From contig NZ_JBQEIL010000004.1 in assembly GCF_052102835.1 (NCBI RefSeq), positions 7,003 through 71,002 of the forward strand: a DNA stretch of 64,000 bases, read 5' to 3'. Under the pieces are notes generated by a model. The model was not told the DNA's origin. It saw only the letters and a list, made by a program, of their open reading frames with translations, and ran no database searches. The position numbers were made by a program, and so were the translations under genes. Below, in pieces: positions 37,177-46,468 of this stretch. This DNA is from Vagococcus sp. (GTDB lineage: Bacteria > Bacillota > Bacilli > Lactobacillales > Vagococcaceae). Position 1 is the first letter of the stretch; each line of letters begins with the position of its first letter.

Positions 37177-37761
37177 ATGACGATTTACATAGCGAGTCAT
37201 AATGAAAAAAAAATTAAAGAAATTCAGACGTATGCAAAAGAGCTAACCATTCAGTCTTATCAAACTCTGTCTTCAGAAAAGATAAAGGTTGAAGAGACGG
37301 GAGCTACTTATGCAGCTAATGCAAAACTAAAAGCCGAAACGATTGGATCTAAACTGAAGGTCCCTGTTATTGGAGATGATGGTGGCTTAGAGCTACTAGC
37401 AAAGCCTAATATCTTAGGGGTACATACGTCACGCTTTTTTGAAAAAGGAGCTAGTGATTCTGCGATGAATCAAAAAATATTAGCCCTTTTAGAAAATGAA
37501 AGTGACCGTCGTTTTGTTTTAAAGGCAACTCTTGCTTACTATGTTCCACATCAAGAATTAATCTTGGTGGAGAGAGAGCTCAACGGAACGATTGCAAGAG
37601 AAGAACGAGGAAGTGAAGGCTATGGTTTTGATACACTTTTAATTCCAGAAGGGTACCAAATAACATTAGCTGAATTAAGTGAAAAACAAAGAGCTGAATT
37701 CAGCCCACGAATTCAAGCATTTAAAGAGTTGTTAGGGAGGATATCGAGACATGTTTCATAA
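37177..37761 (+). CDS. Ham1/ITPase-family pyrophosphatase (probable dihydroneopterin triphosphate pyrophosphatase, FolQ/Xtp2-type)
   Basis: ASHNEKK, EETGATYAANAKLKA, GDDGGL, GYGFD; located between folE and folP. Confidence 0.8.
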   Translation: MTIYIASHNEKKIKEIQTYAKELTIQSYQTLSSEKIKVEETGATYAANAKLKAETIGSKLKVPVIGDDGGLELLAKPNILGVHTSRFFEKGASDSAMNQKILALLENESDRRFVLKATLAYYVPHQELILVERELNGTIAREERGSEGYGFDTLLIPEGYQITLAELSEKQRAEFSPRIQAFKELLGRISRHVS

Positions 37762-38533
37762 AAATCAAATTATGGGTATTTTAAATGTAACCCCCGATTC
37801 ATTTTCTGATGGTGGTGACTATAGCCGAGTAGATAAGGCTATGGAGCATGCTAAAGAAATTATGGAGGCAGGCGTTGATATTATCGACATTGGTGGTCAA
37901 TCAACCCGCCCTGGTTACATTGAAATTCCCAAAGAAGAAGAATTAGCACGTGTGCTACCCATTGTTAAAGGCTTACGTCAAATGACCGATTTACCTATTT
38001 CAGTGGATACTTACTTTCCAGAAGTAGCTGAAGCGGTCATCGAGGCTGGAGCAACGATTATTAATGATATTAAAGGATTAGACATGCCTGGTATGGGTGA
38101 GGTAGTTGCTCATTATCAGGTTCCAGTCGTATTAATGCACTCACGTTATCGAGATGAAACGGTTGATGTCGTGACAGATATGCAAAAATTTTATGCTGAA
38201 AAGATAGCACTTTGTCAAAAGTTAGGAATAGCGCCTGAAAAAATTTGTTTTGACCCAGGGGTTGGGTTTCATAAATCCATAGAAGAAAACAAACTAATGA
38301 TTGCTCAGCCGAATAAATTTCGTTTTGAAGATTATCCACTATTATATGGTGTTTCTAGAAAAAGAACGATTGCTCAATTGACAGATGAAATCAATCCTAA
38401 AGAACGTGATTTTGGTTCTGTTGCTGCATCTTTATATGTTTTAAATGAAGGGGTCGAAATTGTTAGAGTTCATCAAGTGAAAGGCATGCGTGATGCTTTG
38501 TCTGTATGGACAAAGCTAGAGGCTTTAAAATAA
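37751..38533 (+). CDS. folP: Dihydropteroate synthase
   Basis: MGILNVTPDSFSDGG, DIGGQSTRPG, SVDT, NDI, DPGVGF, GVSRK, VRVH. Confidence 0.97.
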   Translation: MFHKNQIMGILNVTPDSFSDGGDYSRVDKAMEHAKEIMEAGVDIIDIGGQSTRPGYIEIPKEEELARVLPIVKGLRQMTDLPISVDTYFPEVAEAVIEAGATIINDIKGLDMPGMGEVVAHYQVPVVLMHSRYRDETVDVVTDMQKFYAEKIALCQKLGIAPEKICFDPGVGFHKSIEENKLMIAQPNKFRFEDYPLLYGVSRKRTIAQLTDEINPKERDFGSVAASLYVLNEGVEIVRVHQVKGMRDALSVWTKLEALK

Positions 38534-38539
38534 ATGATT

Positions 38540-38590
38540 AAAAATAGCATTAAATCAAAGGTTTTTAGGACTTGATTTAATGCTATTTTT
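38540..38590. terminator. Bidirectional terminator
   Basis: AAAAATAGCATTAAATCAA...TTGATTTAATGCTATTTTT. Confidence 0.85.
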
Positions 38591-39751
38591 TTATTTTGTT
38601 TTTTTCTGCTTGTCTTCCATTTTTAAAAGATATTGAATGACTATAAAAGCACAAGTAAAAGCAAGCAAGATGAAACAGTGGAAAAAGAACTGATGGAGAG
38701 TTTGCTTCGTGTATTTAAGAGTTTGACCTAGAAGTAAGTTGTTTTGAGTAAACCAATAAGTTGGTGTAAAGCTGGCTAACTTGTTGATAAAATCGGGTAA
38801 AATTTGACTAGGGACAAAGACCCCACCGATAAAACAACTACCAATAACAATTAAATTACTTGCTCCATTAATTGCTTCCGCATTTTTTAAATTCGTAGTT
38901 ACTAAAGAAGCAAGACTAATCATAGTTGTCGTAAAGAAAAGAGCATTGATGATTAGTAGAAAAGTCATTAGGTTGACTTCCGCCTTCGTAAAGATAAGTA
39001 GAAAAACAATAAATAAGAAGGTTAACGCACCTATATAAGCTAAAATAGATAATTGGACTTTGCGATTGAAAACTCTTTTTGATAAGGGTGCTAAGTTATT
39101 ACGTATTTTAAGATTGTCGTGACTAAAGGTTAAATTAATCGTAGTAAAACTAGCAAAAATGATCAAAAATAAACCATAAGCAATCACGTTAAATGTAATA
39201 GAACGCAACATATTATCTTGTTTTTTTTGATAGGTTGGGTCTAAAACAACGTTACCTGTTTTATTAACAACTTGAGTAGTCATTGTGATTAAATCATTCG
39301 TTTCTTTTTCAGGATTGTTTTTTTGGAGTAATTGATAGGTATTAAAATAATGGTCAACTACTCGATCGCCCCAACTAGCTTTATAACTGCCTTCTTTAGT
39401 CTGTGTTTTTAGTTGGTTTTTTTGTGGTTCTTTTAGTTCATTCATCATTGTATGAGGTAACCATACAACATAGTCGACTTCACCAAATTGTAAAGCATCT
39501 GTAATGGTTTTATTTGAAATATTAGGTAAGTTAACGAGACTTTGATTTTTTTTAATATAGTCTTTAAAAGAGTCTGTTAATGCGTTATCCTCTTGAGTAA
39601 CGACTGCGATTTTAAGTGTGCTTTGATCCAAATAGTTAGTTTTTAATTGGCTAGAGATGAAAAAAACTAGAAGTAAAGTTATTCCAATACTAATGATCAA
39701 ATTTTTTTTATTGCGTTTTAAAATTTGTAAAATTGTTTTAAAGATGATCAT
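38591..39751 (-). CDS. ABC-2 type exporter permease
   Basis: N-terminal TM, extracellular domain, five C-terminal TMs, FIGGVFVP...PTYW; start moved to ATG 39751. Confidence 0.85.
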   Translation of the reverse strand: MIIFKTILQILKRNKKNLIISIGITLLLVFFISSQLKTNYLDQSTLKIAVVTQEDNALTDSFKDYIKKNQSLVNLPNISNKTITDALQFGEVDYVVWLPHTMMNELKEPQKNQLKTQTKEGSYKASWGDRVVDHYFNTYQLLQKNNPEKETNDLITMTTQVVNKTGNVVLDPTYQKKQDNMLRSITFNVIAYGLFLIIFASFTTINLTFSHDNLKIRNNLAPLSKRVFNRKVQLSILAYIGALTFLFIVFLLIFTKAEVNLMTFLLIINALFFTTTMISLASLVTTNLKNAEAINGASNLIVIGSCFIGGVFVPSQILPDFINKLASFTPTYWFTQNNLLLGQTLKYTKQTLHQFFFHCFILLAFTCAFIVIQYLLKMEDKQKKTK

Positions 39752-40883
39752 ACTGGACTCTCCTTTCAATAAAAAAGTTAAGTAGGATAGTGATTATTAA
39801 CCAACCCAAAAGATAAATCAAATTCTGATAGAAAAAGATTGGATTGGTCTGCCTTAATAACTGGAGTAAGCTATCACTCATTAAATTAACTAAATTAAGT
39901 TTACCAATGAGAGGAAGGTGAGTATCAATCCAATATTTTAGTTGTTCAGTACCCATCATTCCAGCGGTCATACTCATTAACATAGATAGGCCAATTCCTA
40001 AACCAACTTTTTGATTGAATGACCATTTTGAAAGTAAGTTACCGATAAGTTGACCGAAAGAGATGGCACTCAAAGAACCTAAGGCACTTAAAAGGAGGAT
40101 TTCTCCCCAACGATTGCCAAAATCTATTTGATAAATAAAATGGAAAATACCTAATAATATTAAAAGTTCACCATAAAAAATGGTAAAAGCGGCTAAAAGA
40201 TTAGCACTTGAGATAAGCAATTTATTTCTAGGAGTTAGTGATAAACGTATTCCTTTTTCAGACTGATTAGCTTGTTGATCATGTGCGTTAAGTAAACCAA
40301 ACATATAAGAATACATAATCGTCATTCCAATTAAAGTGAAAAAGTAAAAAGTGACCATTTTAACTTCTTTGCCTTGATTTCTAGTGGCAAGTAAAGAAGG
40401 TTGATTTGTCCATGATTGGATAGTTGCTTGAAAATCCTCAGGGGCCATTTTTTGAAGGAGTTGTTGTCCTTGCTCAAATTGATTGAAGAAGTCCGTTAAA
40501 ATATTTTGTGACGTTCCTTTTTCATTGATCGTGAGTTGGAGTGACTCTGTGTTTTTATTTGTGGTAAAATAACCAGTAATCTTATTATTCATTAAAGCGG
40601 TTTGCGCTTGTTTTTTTGATTTAAAGAAGTTAACTTTGAATAGCTTTTTCTTTTGATAAGTTGTTTCCTTTAAAGTTTGGCTAAAAGCTGAGATGCTCTC
40701 GTTGGGTGAATTATTTTCAATAATTCCTACAGAAATGGCCTCTAAATTTTGTGTTTCTTCTAATTTATTAAAAGCGATAAAAAAGAGACCACTCATGACA
40801 AGAGGGAAAATCAAGGTCCAAAAGAGAATACTTTTATTTTTTAGAATAATACGGATACGATAAGTAAAAATATGAAAAAACAT
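39738..40883 (-). CDS. ABC-2 type exporter permease
   Basis: LFWTLIFP, extracellular domain, C-terminal TM bundle. Confidence 0.85.
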   Translation of the reverse strand: MFFHIFTYRIRIILKNKSILFWTLIFPLVMSGLFFIAFNKLEETQNLEAISVGIIENNSPNESISAFSQTLKETTYQKKKLFKVNFFKSKKQAQTALMNNKITGYFTTNKNTESLQLTINEKGTSQNILTDFFNQFEQGQQLLQKMAPEDFQATIQSWTNQPSLLATRNQGKEVKMVTFYFFTLIGMTIMYSYMFGLLNAHDQQANQSEKGIRLSLTPRNKLLISSANLLAAFTIFYGELLILLGIFHFIYQIDFGNRWGEILLLSALGSLSAISFGQLIGNLLSKWSFNQKVGLGIGLSMLMSMTAGMMGTEQLKYWIDTHLPLIGKLNLVNLMSDSLLQLLRQTNPIFFYQNLIYLLGWLIITILLNFFIERRVQYDHL

Positions 40884-40899
40884 GGTTAAGTCCCCCTTT

Positions 40900-41832
40900 T
40901 TATTTATCTCTAAGCTCTTTGCCAGTGATTTCTAAGAAAACATCATTTAATGTGATTTCTTGGGTGTGTAGATTACCGAAAGCGATATTTTTAAGTTTCA
41001 AGAAATTTAGTAACTCCAATAAATGCTGACTAAGTTGGGTCATTTGGATACTGAGTAGATGTTCTTCATAATGAACGGCAACGATTCCTGATAATTCAGT
41101 TAAAAGTTTTAAGTCTTCTTGTTGAATAAAAGGGACTTCGAGAATAATTTTTTCATTTGTTCGGATCATATTTTTAAGTTCTTCTTTGTTACCTTGAGCA
41201 ATCACTTGTCCTTTATCCATTATGACAATTTTATTGCATAGTGCTTCGACTTCCTCCATATAATGGCTTGTATAAAGAATAGTTGCTCCTTCTTGATTGA
41301 GCCATTTGATGCTTTCTAAAATTTTATTCCGACTCTGAGGATCAACAGCGACAGTGGGTTCATCAAGGATAATTAATTCTGGTTGGTGAGCAATCCCACA
41401 GGCAATATTCAGTCGACGTTTTAAGCCTCCGCTAAGTTGTTTAGGGTAAAAATTTTGAAAGTCTTTTAAACTAACTAATTCAATGGCTTTATTAACTAAG
41501 TCTGTTCTTTTTTTTCGATTGGTAACATACAGGCCACAAAAATAATTGATGTTTTGTTGGACCGTTAACTCATCAAAATAGGCTAACTCTTGAGGAACAA
41601 GCCCTATTTTTTGTTTTAGTGCATAGCTATGGCTCGTCATTTCTTCGCCAAATAGTTTAATCATGCCACGATCATATTTAAGTAAAGCAAGCATACAAAA
41701 AATAGCGGTTGATTTTCCACTGCCATTCGGACCTAAGAGGCCTAAAATATCACCTTGCTTAACAGTTAAGTCAAAATGATTAAGTGCAAGTAAAGAATCA
41801 TAACGTTTGACGATATTTGTCATTTCAATCAT
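40900..41832 (-). CDS. ABC exporter ATP-binding protein
   Basis: GPNGSGKS, LSGGLKRRL, LDEPT, TSHYM. Confidence 0.95.
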   Translation of the reverse strand: MIEMTNIVKRYDSLLALNHFDLTVKQGDILGLLGPNGSGKSTAIFCMLALLKYDRGMIKLFGEEMTSHSYALKQKIGLVPQELAYFDELTVQQNINYFCGLYVTNRKKRTDLVNKAIELVSLKDFQNFYPKQLSGGLKRRLNIACGIAHQPELIILDEPTVAVDPQSRNKILESIKWLNQEGATILYTSHYMEEVEALCNKIVIMDKGQVIAQGNKEELKNMIRTNEKIILEVPFIQQEDLKLLTELSGIVAVHYEEHLLSIQMTQLSQHLLELLNFLKLKNIAFGNLHTQEITLNDVFLEITGKELRDK

Positions 41833-41919
41833 GGTTGAAGCACCACCTTTAAATTTTTTATATCCTTAGTATAAGGGATATCTGATTCATGATATAGTGA
41901 TAAAGAGCTAATACTAGAG

Positions 41920-41933
41920 ATGACAATTGTCAT
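41920..41933. promoter_or_regulatory. Perfect palindrome, candidate NarL/LuxR response-regulator site
   Basis: ATGACAATTGTCAT in the divergent ABC/TCS intergenic region. Confidence 0.5.
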
Positions 41934-41944
41934 GAAAAGGGAGT

Positions 41945-43057
41945 TTGATTATGAAAAAACGGCATCTACTCTTGATTGAGTATTTCTTATTTTTAATTTT
42001 AGGTTGCTTATTATTAAATCAACTAAAATTTCTTGAAATAAATATTATTTATCTTTTAATAAGTATTCTTTTTTTTATTCCTTTTTTATTAAAAATAAAG
42101 CAACCTTATTTACCTATTCTATTTCACAGTTTATTGAGTTTGAATTCCCCCTCGTTTACTTTCTTTATTCCAGCAACTTTTTATCTTTGCTTGACTTTGA
42201 TAGTGAGTTCGCCAGCTACTAAGTCAGTTGTTTTTTTCTTAAGTGGCGTAATCATTTTAGTATCCCCTCTTGAAATAATAACTAAGGTCATCTTAGTTTT
42301 GTATTTAGGTATTGGAACGATCTTAACTCAGCTTCATCAAGAAAACGATAATTTAAAGAAGGAAAAAATTGCTTTAGTTGATGATAGTTGGGAAAGAGAA
42401 GAAAAATTAGCAACGAGTCAACATAATTTACGTTTAGATCAAGAACATTTGATTGAACTGAAAATAATGGCAGAACGAAATCGAATTGCTCGAGATATTC
42501 ATGACCAGGTCGGACATTTACTCTCAAGCTCATTGCTTCAGCTAGGGGCACTTGAAACACTTAATCAAGATGCAACCTTGGAACCTTTACTTGTTCAATT
42601 AAAAAAGACAACAAATCAAGGAATGGATAATATACGTTGGAGTGTACACAATCTTTATGACCATTCATTGACTTTGACAGAGGGAGTTCGCATCTTATTA
42701 ACTACTTTCGAGCAGTTACCAATCGAGGTAAAAGGAGTCCCTTTTGAAAGGTTATCAGAGAAAGAAACGAGGGAGTTACTGATGGTTCTAAAAGAAAGTT
42801 TAACAAATATTAAAAAGCATAGTAATGCAACGCTCATTACAATTTCTTTTACTGAATTACCAGGTTTTTATCAAGTAAAAATCAAAGATAATGGGACCGA
42901 TAATAGTCTAGAGTTAACGGGAATTGGGTTGATAACGATGCGTCAAAGAGTGGAAACAATCGGTGGTCAGCTGTATGTTCAAGCAGAAAAAACAGGTTTT
43001 ACTGTTCAAATCGTGTTGTCAAAAGGGGGAGAAAAAAATGAAACTAGTCATAATTGA
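41945..43057 (+). CDS. Membrane sensor histidine kinase (HisKA_3/NarQ-like)
   Basis: Several N-terminal TMs; ERNRIARDIHDQVGH; LKESLTNIKKHS, IKDNG, GIGL..M..R. Confidence 0.92.
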   Translation: MIMKKRHLLLIEYFLFLILGCLLLNQLKFLEINIIYLLISILFFIPFLLKIKQPYLPILFHSLLSLNSPSFTFFIPATFYLCLTLIVSSPATKSVVFFLSGVIILVSPLEIITKVILVLYLGIGTILTQLHQENDNLKKEKIALVDDSWEREEKLATSQHNLRLDQEHLIELKIMAERNRIARDIHDQVGHLLSSSLLQLGALETLNQDATLEPLLVQLKKTTNQGMDNIRWSVHNLYDHSLTLTEGVRILLTTFEQLPIEVKGVPFERLSEKETRELLMVLKESLTNIKKHSNATLITISFTELPGFYQVKIKDNGTDNSLELTGIGLITMRQRVETIGGQLYVQAEKTGFTVQIVLSKGGEKNETSHN

Positions 43058-43670
43058 TGATGACCCATTAGTAACCACTTCGCTAAAAACAATCTTAGAA
43101 ATGGAAAAAGATTTTGAAGTGGCTGCGGTTGGACACTCAGGTGAGGAAGCTTGCCAATTATATCAGAAGTGGGAACCTGATATTTTATTAATGGATATTC
43201 GGATGGGTGAGATGACAGGAATAATGGCTGCTAAAGTCATTTTAAAAGCTCAACCAACAGCAAAAATTTTACTTTTAACAACCTTTTCAGATGATGAGTA
43301 TATTCATGAAGCATTGAATTTAGGGGTGAAAGGCTATTTAGTGAAACAGGATTTTCCAAGTTTAATCCCTGCCATTAAAGCAATTCAAAGTGGTCAATCT
43401 GTTTTTGGAACAGAGATCACAGATAAACTGATACATTTAGTTAATCACCCTAAAAAAGAAATGTCCCCCGTATTTTTTGATAAGTTAACGCAACGAGAAC
43501 AAGAGGTTTTATTAAAAATAGCAGAAGGAAAGAATAACAAAGAGATTGCTAAAGAATTATTTTTAAGTGAGGGAACAGTTCGCAATTATATTAGTTTATT
43601 ACTAGAAAAGCTTAGTTTACGCGACCGTACACAGTTGGCGATTTATTATTATCAAGAGAAAAATGAGTGA
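43038..43670 (+). CDS. NarL/LuxR family response regulator
   Basis: IDDD, LMDIRM, LTQREQEVL, GKNNKEIA..LFLSEGTV; start moved to ATG 43038. Confidence 0.95.
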   Translation: MKLVIIDDDPLVTTSLKTILEMEKDFEVAAVGHSGEEACQLYQKWEPDILLMDIRMGEMTGIMAAKVILKAQPTAKILLLTTFSDDEYIHEALNLGVKGYLVKQDFPSLIPAIKAIQSGQSVFGTEITDKLIHLVNHPKKEMSPVFFDKLTQREQEVLLKIAEGKNNKEIAKELFLSEGTVRNYISLLLEKLSLRDRTQLAIYYYQEKNE

Positions 43671-43701
43671 AAAGATTAAGTGAATTATTAAATAATAATA
43701 A

Positions 43702-43739
43702 AACAAGATGTTTATATTTAAATATAAAAACATCTTGTT
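43702..43739. terminator. Bidirectional terminator
   Basis: AACAAGATGTTT...AAACATCTTGTT between convergent genes. Confidence 0.75.
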
Positions 43740-43744
43740 ATTTT

Positions 43745-45397
43745 TTAATCATTTATCTGACTAAGATTAACTTGATAAAGTCGAATAGCTAAAAACATGT
43801 TCATCAAATGATCACTTTTGTTTAGATTAATACTTAATAATTTCTCTATTTTTTTAAATCGAGCTCGTAAAGTATTTTTATGAATAAAAAGACATTCGCT
43901 AGTATTAGTATGCGAAAAATTATTTTCGATATATGTTTCAAGAGTGTTTAAAAGTTCGCTTTTATATTGTTTATCGTGATTTATTATAGGAATAATATAT
44001 TGATTTAAAATTTGTTCAATGAATAATTCGTTAATATTACCAGCTTCATTAGTGAATAACTTTAAAATTCCTAAATCATTGTAATTTTGGAATTTTTCGT
44101 TAGATCTTCTTTTTTCAAGATAATGCAAAGAATGTTCGGCTTCTTTCCAAGAAGAACTTAAGTGATAGTAAGGAGAAGAGCCCCCAATTCCAACATAGAA
44201 AGAGTCATGTTGGAAAAAGTTAGTTAAGAATTGAACAAGAGAATTAATAAAAATATTAATATTTTTCTGTGAATCTCCAACAAGTAAGACCCAGTATTCT
44301 TGTCTTGAAAAAATCAAGATATTTTGATTTGTAAAATACGTTTTATAAAACTCATTGTAAAATTCGGAAAAACTAGTTGCTTTATGGATAAGATCATATG
44401 TTGTATTCCATTTATAATTTTTGACAAGAATAACTTGATAACTTAGTTCTAATCGAGTCCCTAGTATTAAACTATAATGATTTCGATTTTTATTAGAAGC
44501 TTTTTTAAGATTAAGCAACTCTTCAAAAGCTAAGTCTCGATAAACTAAATTTGTTTTTAGGACCTCTTGATAAAAGGTCTTTTTTAATTGATAAATAGAT
44601 TCTATGGTTTCTAATTTCGCTAATGTTTCTGGTGTGAGTATGTTAATTTCAATAGGAATTTTGATTAAAAGATAAAAAACATCATTTTTATTATCTTTGT
44701 TTTTTATAAAAATGATTTGTGAATTAGTATCTATTAATTTGTTTTTATAGCGATAACCTTGAATAATACGATTATTCATATTGTAACCAATCATTTCTTT
44801 GTGTATTAAATCTTTTGTAGTAATATTCTCAATCACTTTTTTCCATTTGTAGTCAAATGAAGCATCTAACAAGTTGAAACGACTGTCTGTAATTGCAATA
44901 GACAGATTTGTTACGTTGTAAATAGATGAGCATAAATCATTTAAGCCGTGATTATCACGAAGGTAATTTAGAATAGTTTTATGAAATTTTTCGGTATCTT
45001 TAATTATATTTAATTGTTTTTGAAATTGTAGCTCTTGTACAGTTGTAGTTACTTCGCTCCATGCATAATCATCGTCAATTAAGATAATAGGGATATTGAA
45101 ATGTAGCGCTGCATCTATCTCGCTCTGAGAGATAAATTGTTTGAATTTTTTTTTAGTGATAATACCAGAAATATTTCTTTGAGAGAGTTGTTTAATAAAA
45201 TTGACATCAAAGTTATATTCCATAAAACGTCCAATGATGATGAGTTCATTTTCTTTTACCCAATTTACAATATCTGGAATATCCATGATTGTGACTGTTT
45301 CAATAGTATTAGTAAAACTTTTTTTTGTACATATTAAATCTGATGTGTTGAATAGTTCTTTTTTTAACATTTCTTTAACGCTTATCCTATTTACCAT
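43745..45397 (-). CDS. PucR/CdaR family transcriptional regulator
   Basis: N-terminal purine-catabolism-regulator domain (VTIMDIPD...WVKENEL), C-terminal LFIHKNTLRAR HTH; start moved to ATG 45397 behind GGAGG. Confidence 0.9.
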   Translation of the reverse strand: MVNRISVKEMLKKELFNTSDLICTKKSFTNTIETVTIMDIPDIVNWVKENELIIIGRFMEYNFDVNFIKQLSQRNISGIITKKKFKQFISQSEIDAALHFNIPIILIDDDYAWSEVTTTVQELQFQKQLNIIKDTEKFHKTILNYLRDNHGLNDLCSSIYNVTNLSIAITDSRFNLLDASFDYKWKKVIENITTKDLIHKEMIGYNMNNRIIQGYRYKNKLIDTNSQIIFIKNKDNKNDVFYLLIKIPIEINILTPETLAKLETIESIYQLKKTFYQEVLKTNLVYRDLAFEELLNLKKASNKNRNHYSLILGTRLELSYQVILVKNYKWNTTYDLIHKATSFSEFYNEFYKTYFTNQNILIFSRQEYWVLLVGDSQKNINIFINSLVQFLTNFFQHDSFYVGIGGSSPYYHLSSSWKEAEHSLHYLEKRRSNEKFQNYNDLGILKLFTNEAGNINELFIEQILNQYIIPIINHDKQYKSELLNTLETYIENNFSHTNTSECLFIHKNTLRARFKKIEKLLSINLNKSDHLMNMFLAIRLYQVNLSQIND

Positions 45398-45417
45398 CTT
45401 ATACCTCCATTGTTCTA

Positions 45418-45447
45418 ACACACAAAGAAAGCGCTTTCTTTGTGTGT
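45418..45447. promoter_or_regulatory. Perfect 30-bp palindrome with cre-like core
   Basis: ACACACAAAGAAAGC|GCTTTCTTTGTGTGT between the divergent pucR-like and transcarbamylase genes. Confidence 0.7.
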
Positions 45448-45518
45448 CTTTATACAATATATTCTACTCTATTTTTCAATTATTATAAAGGCATCAAGTT
45501 AAAGGAGAGAAACATATT

Positions 45519-46457
45519 ATGAGAAATCGTTTTAAAGGAAAAAATTATCTAGCATTTAAGGACATGACAAAAGAAGAAATTGAGTTTATTACAGACTTAT
45601 CACTGGATTTTAAAAAGAAATGGACTGTTGGTGAACCACATGAATATTTAAAAGGTCAGGTATGGGCAGCTCTATTCGAAAAAAATAGTACTCGTACTAG
45701 AAATGCATTTGAAAGAGCAGCGGCAGATTTAGGTGTTAAAGTTGTTTATTTAAGACCAGATGAAATGCAGATGTCTCGTGGCGAACCTCTTAAAGATACC
45801 GCACGTATTTTAGATCGTTATTTTGATGGATTATTCATTCGTACATTTGGTCATGAAATTGTTGAAGAGTGTGCTGAGTGGATGCAAAACCCAATTATTA
45901 ATGGTCTGACTGCGTTAGAGCATCCAACACAAGGTATCGCTGACTTAATGACAATTAAAGAAAAATTTGGAAAATATGAAGGTTTAAAAATGTGTTATGC
46001 GGGTAATCTTTATAACGTTGCCTATACGACAATGATTTTCTGTGCAACTTTAGGTATTGATCTTTACTTAGCTTGTCCAGCTGAATTGAAACCAGATCCT
46101 GAAATCATGGAAGAAACAATGAAACGAGCAAGACTTTCAGGTGCGAAGATTGTCTTTACAGAAGATTTTAATGAAGCACTTAAAGATGCAGATATCGTTT
46201 ATGGTATGTCTCAATACAGTATGGGACAACCAGAAGAAGAAATTGAACATCTTAAAAAAATATTTGCACCTTATCAAATTACAATGGATGCAATGAAAAA
46301 AGCTAAAGAAAATGCCATTTTCATGCATTGCTTACCAGCTCATCGTGGTGAAGAAGTTACAGATGAAGTAATGGAATGTGATCAATCTGTTATTTTTGAT
46401 GAGGGTGAAAACCGTATGCATTCAATTAAAGCAATTTTAGCTGCAGTAGCTGACTAG
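45519..46457 (+). CDS. OTCase-fold carbamoyltransferase with an atypical amine-substrate site
   Basis: STRTR, HPTQ, HCLP and SMG present; the usual GDxxNN reads GNLYN and TDVWxSMG reads GMSQYSMG. Confidence 0.85.
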   Translation: MRNRFKGKNYLAFKDMTKEEIEFITDLSLDFKKKWTVGEPHEYLKGQVWAALFEKNSTRTRNAFERAAADLGVKVVYLRPDEMQMSRGEPLKDTARILDRYFDGLFIRTFGHEIVEECAEWMQNPIINGLTALEHPTQGIADLMTIKEKFGKYEGLKMCYAGNLYNVAYTTMIFCATLGIDLYLACPAELKPDPEIMEETMKRARLSGAKIVFTEDFNEALKDADIVYGMSQYSMGQPEEEIEHLKKIFAPYQITMDAMKKAKENAIFMHCLPAHRGEEVTDEVMECDQSVIFDEGENRMHSIKAILAAVAD

Positions 46458-46468
46458 GAGGAAAGTAA

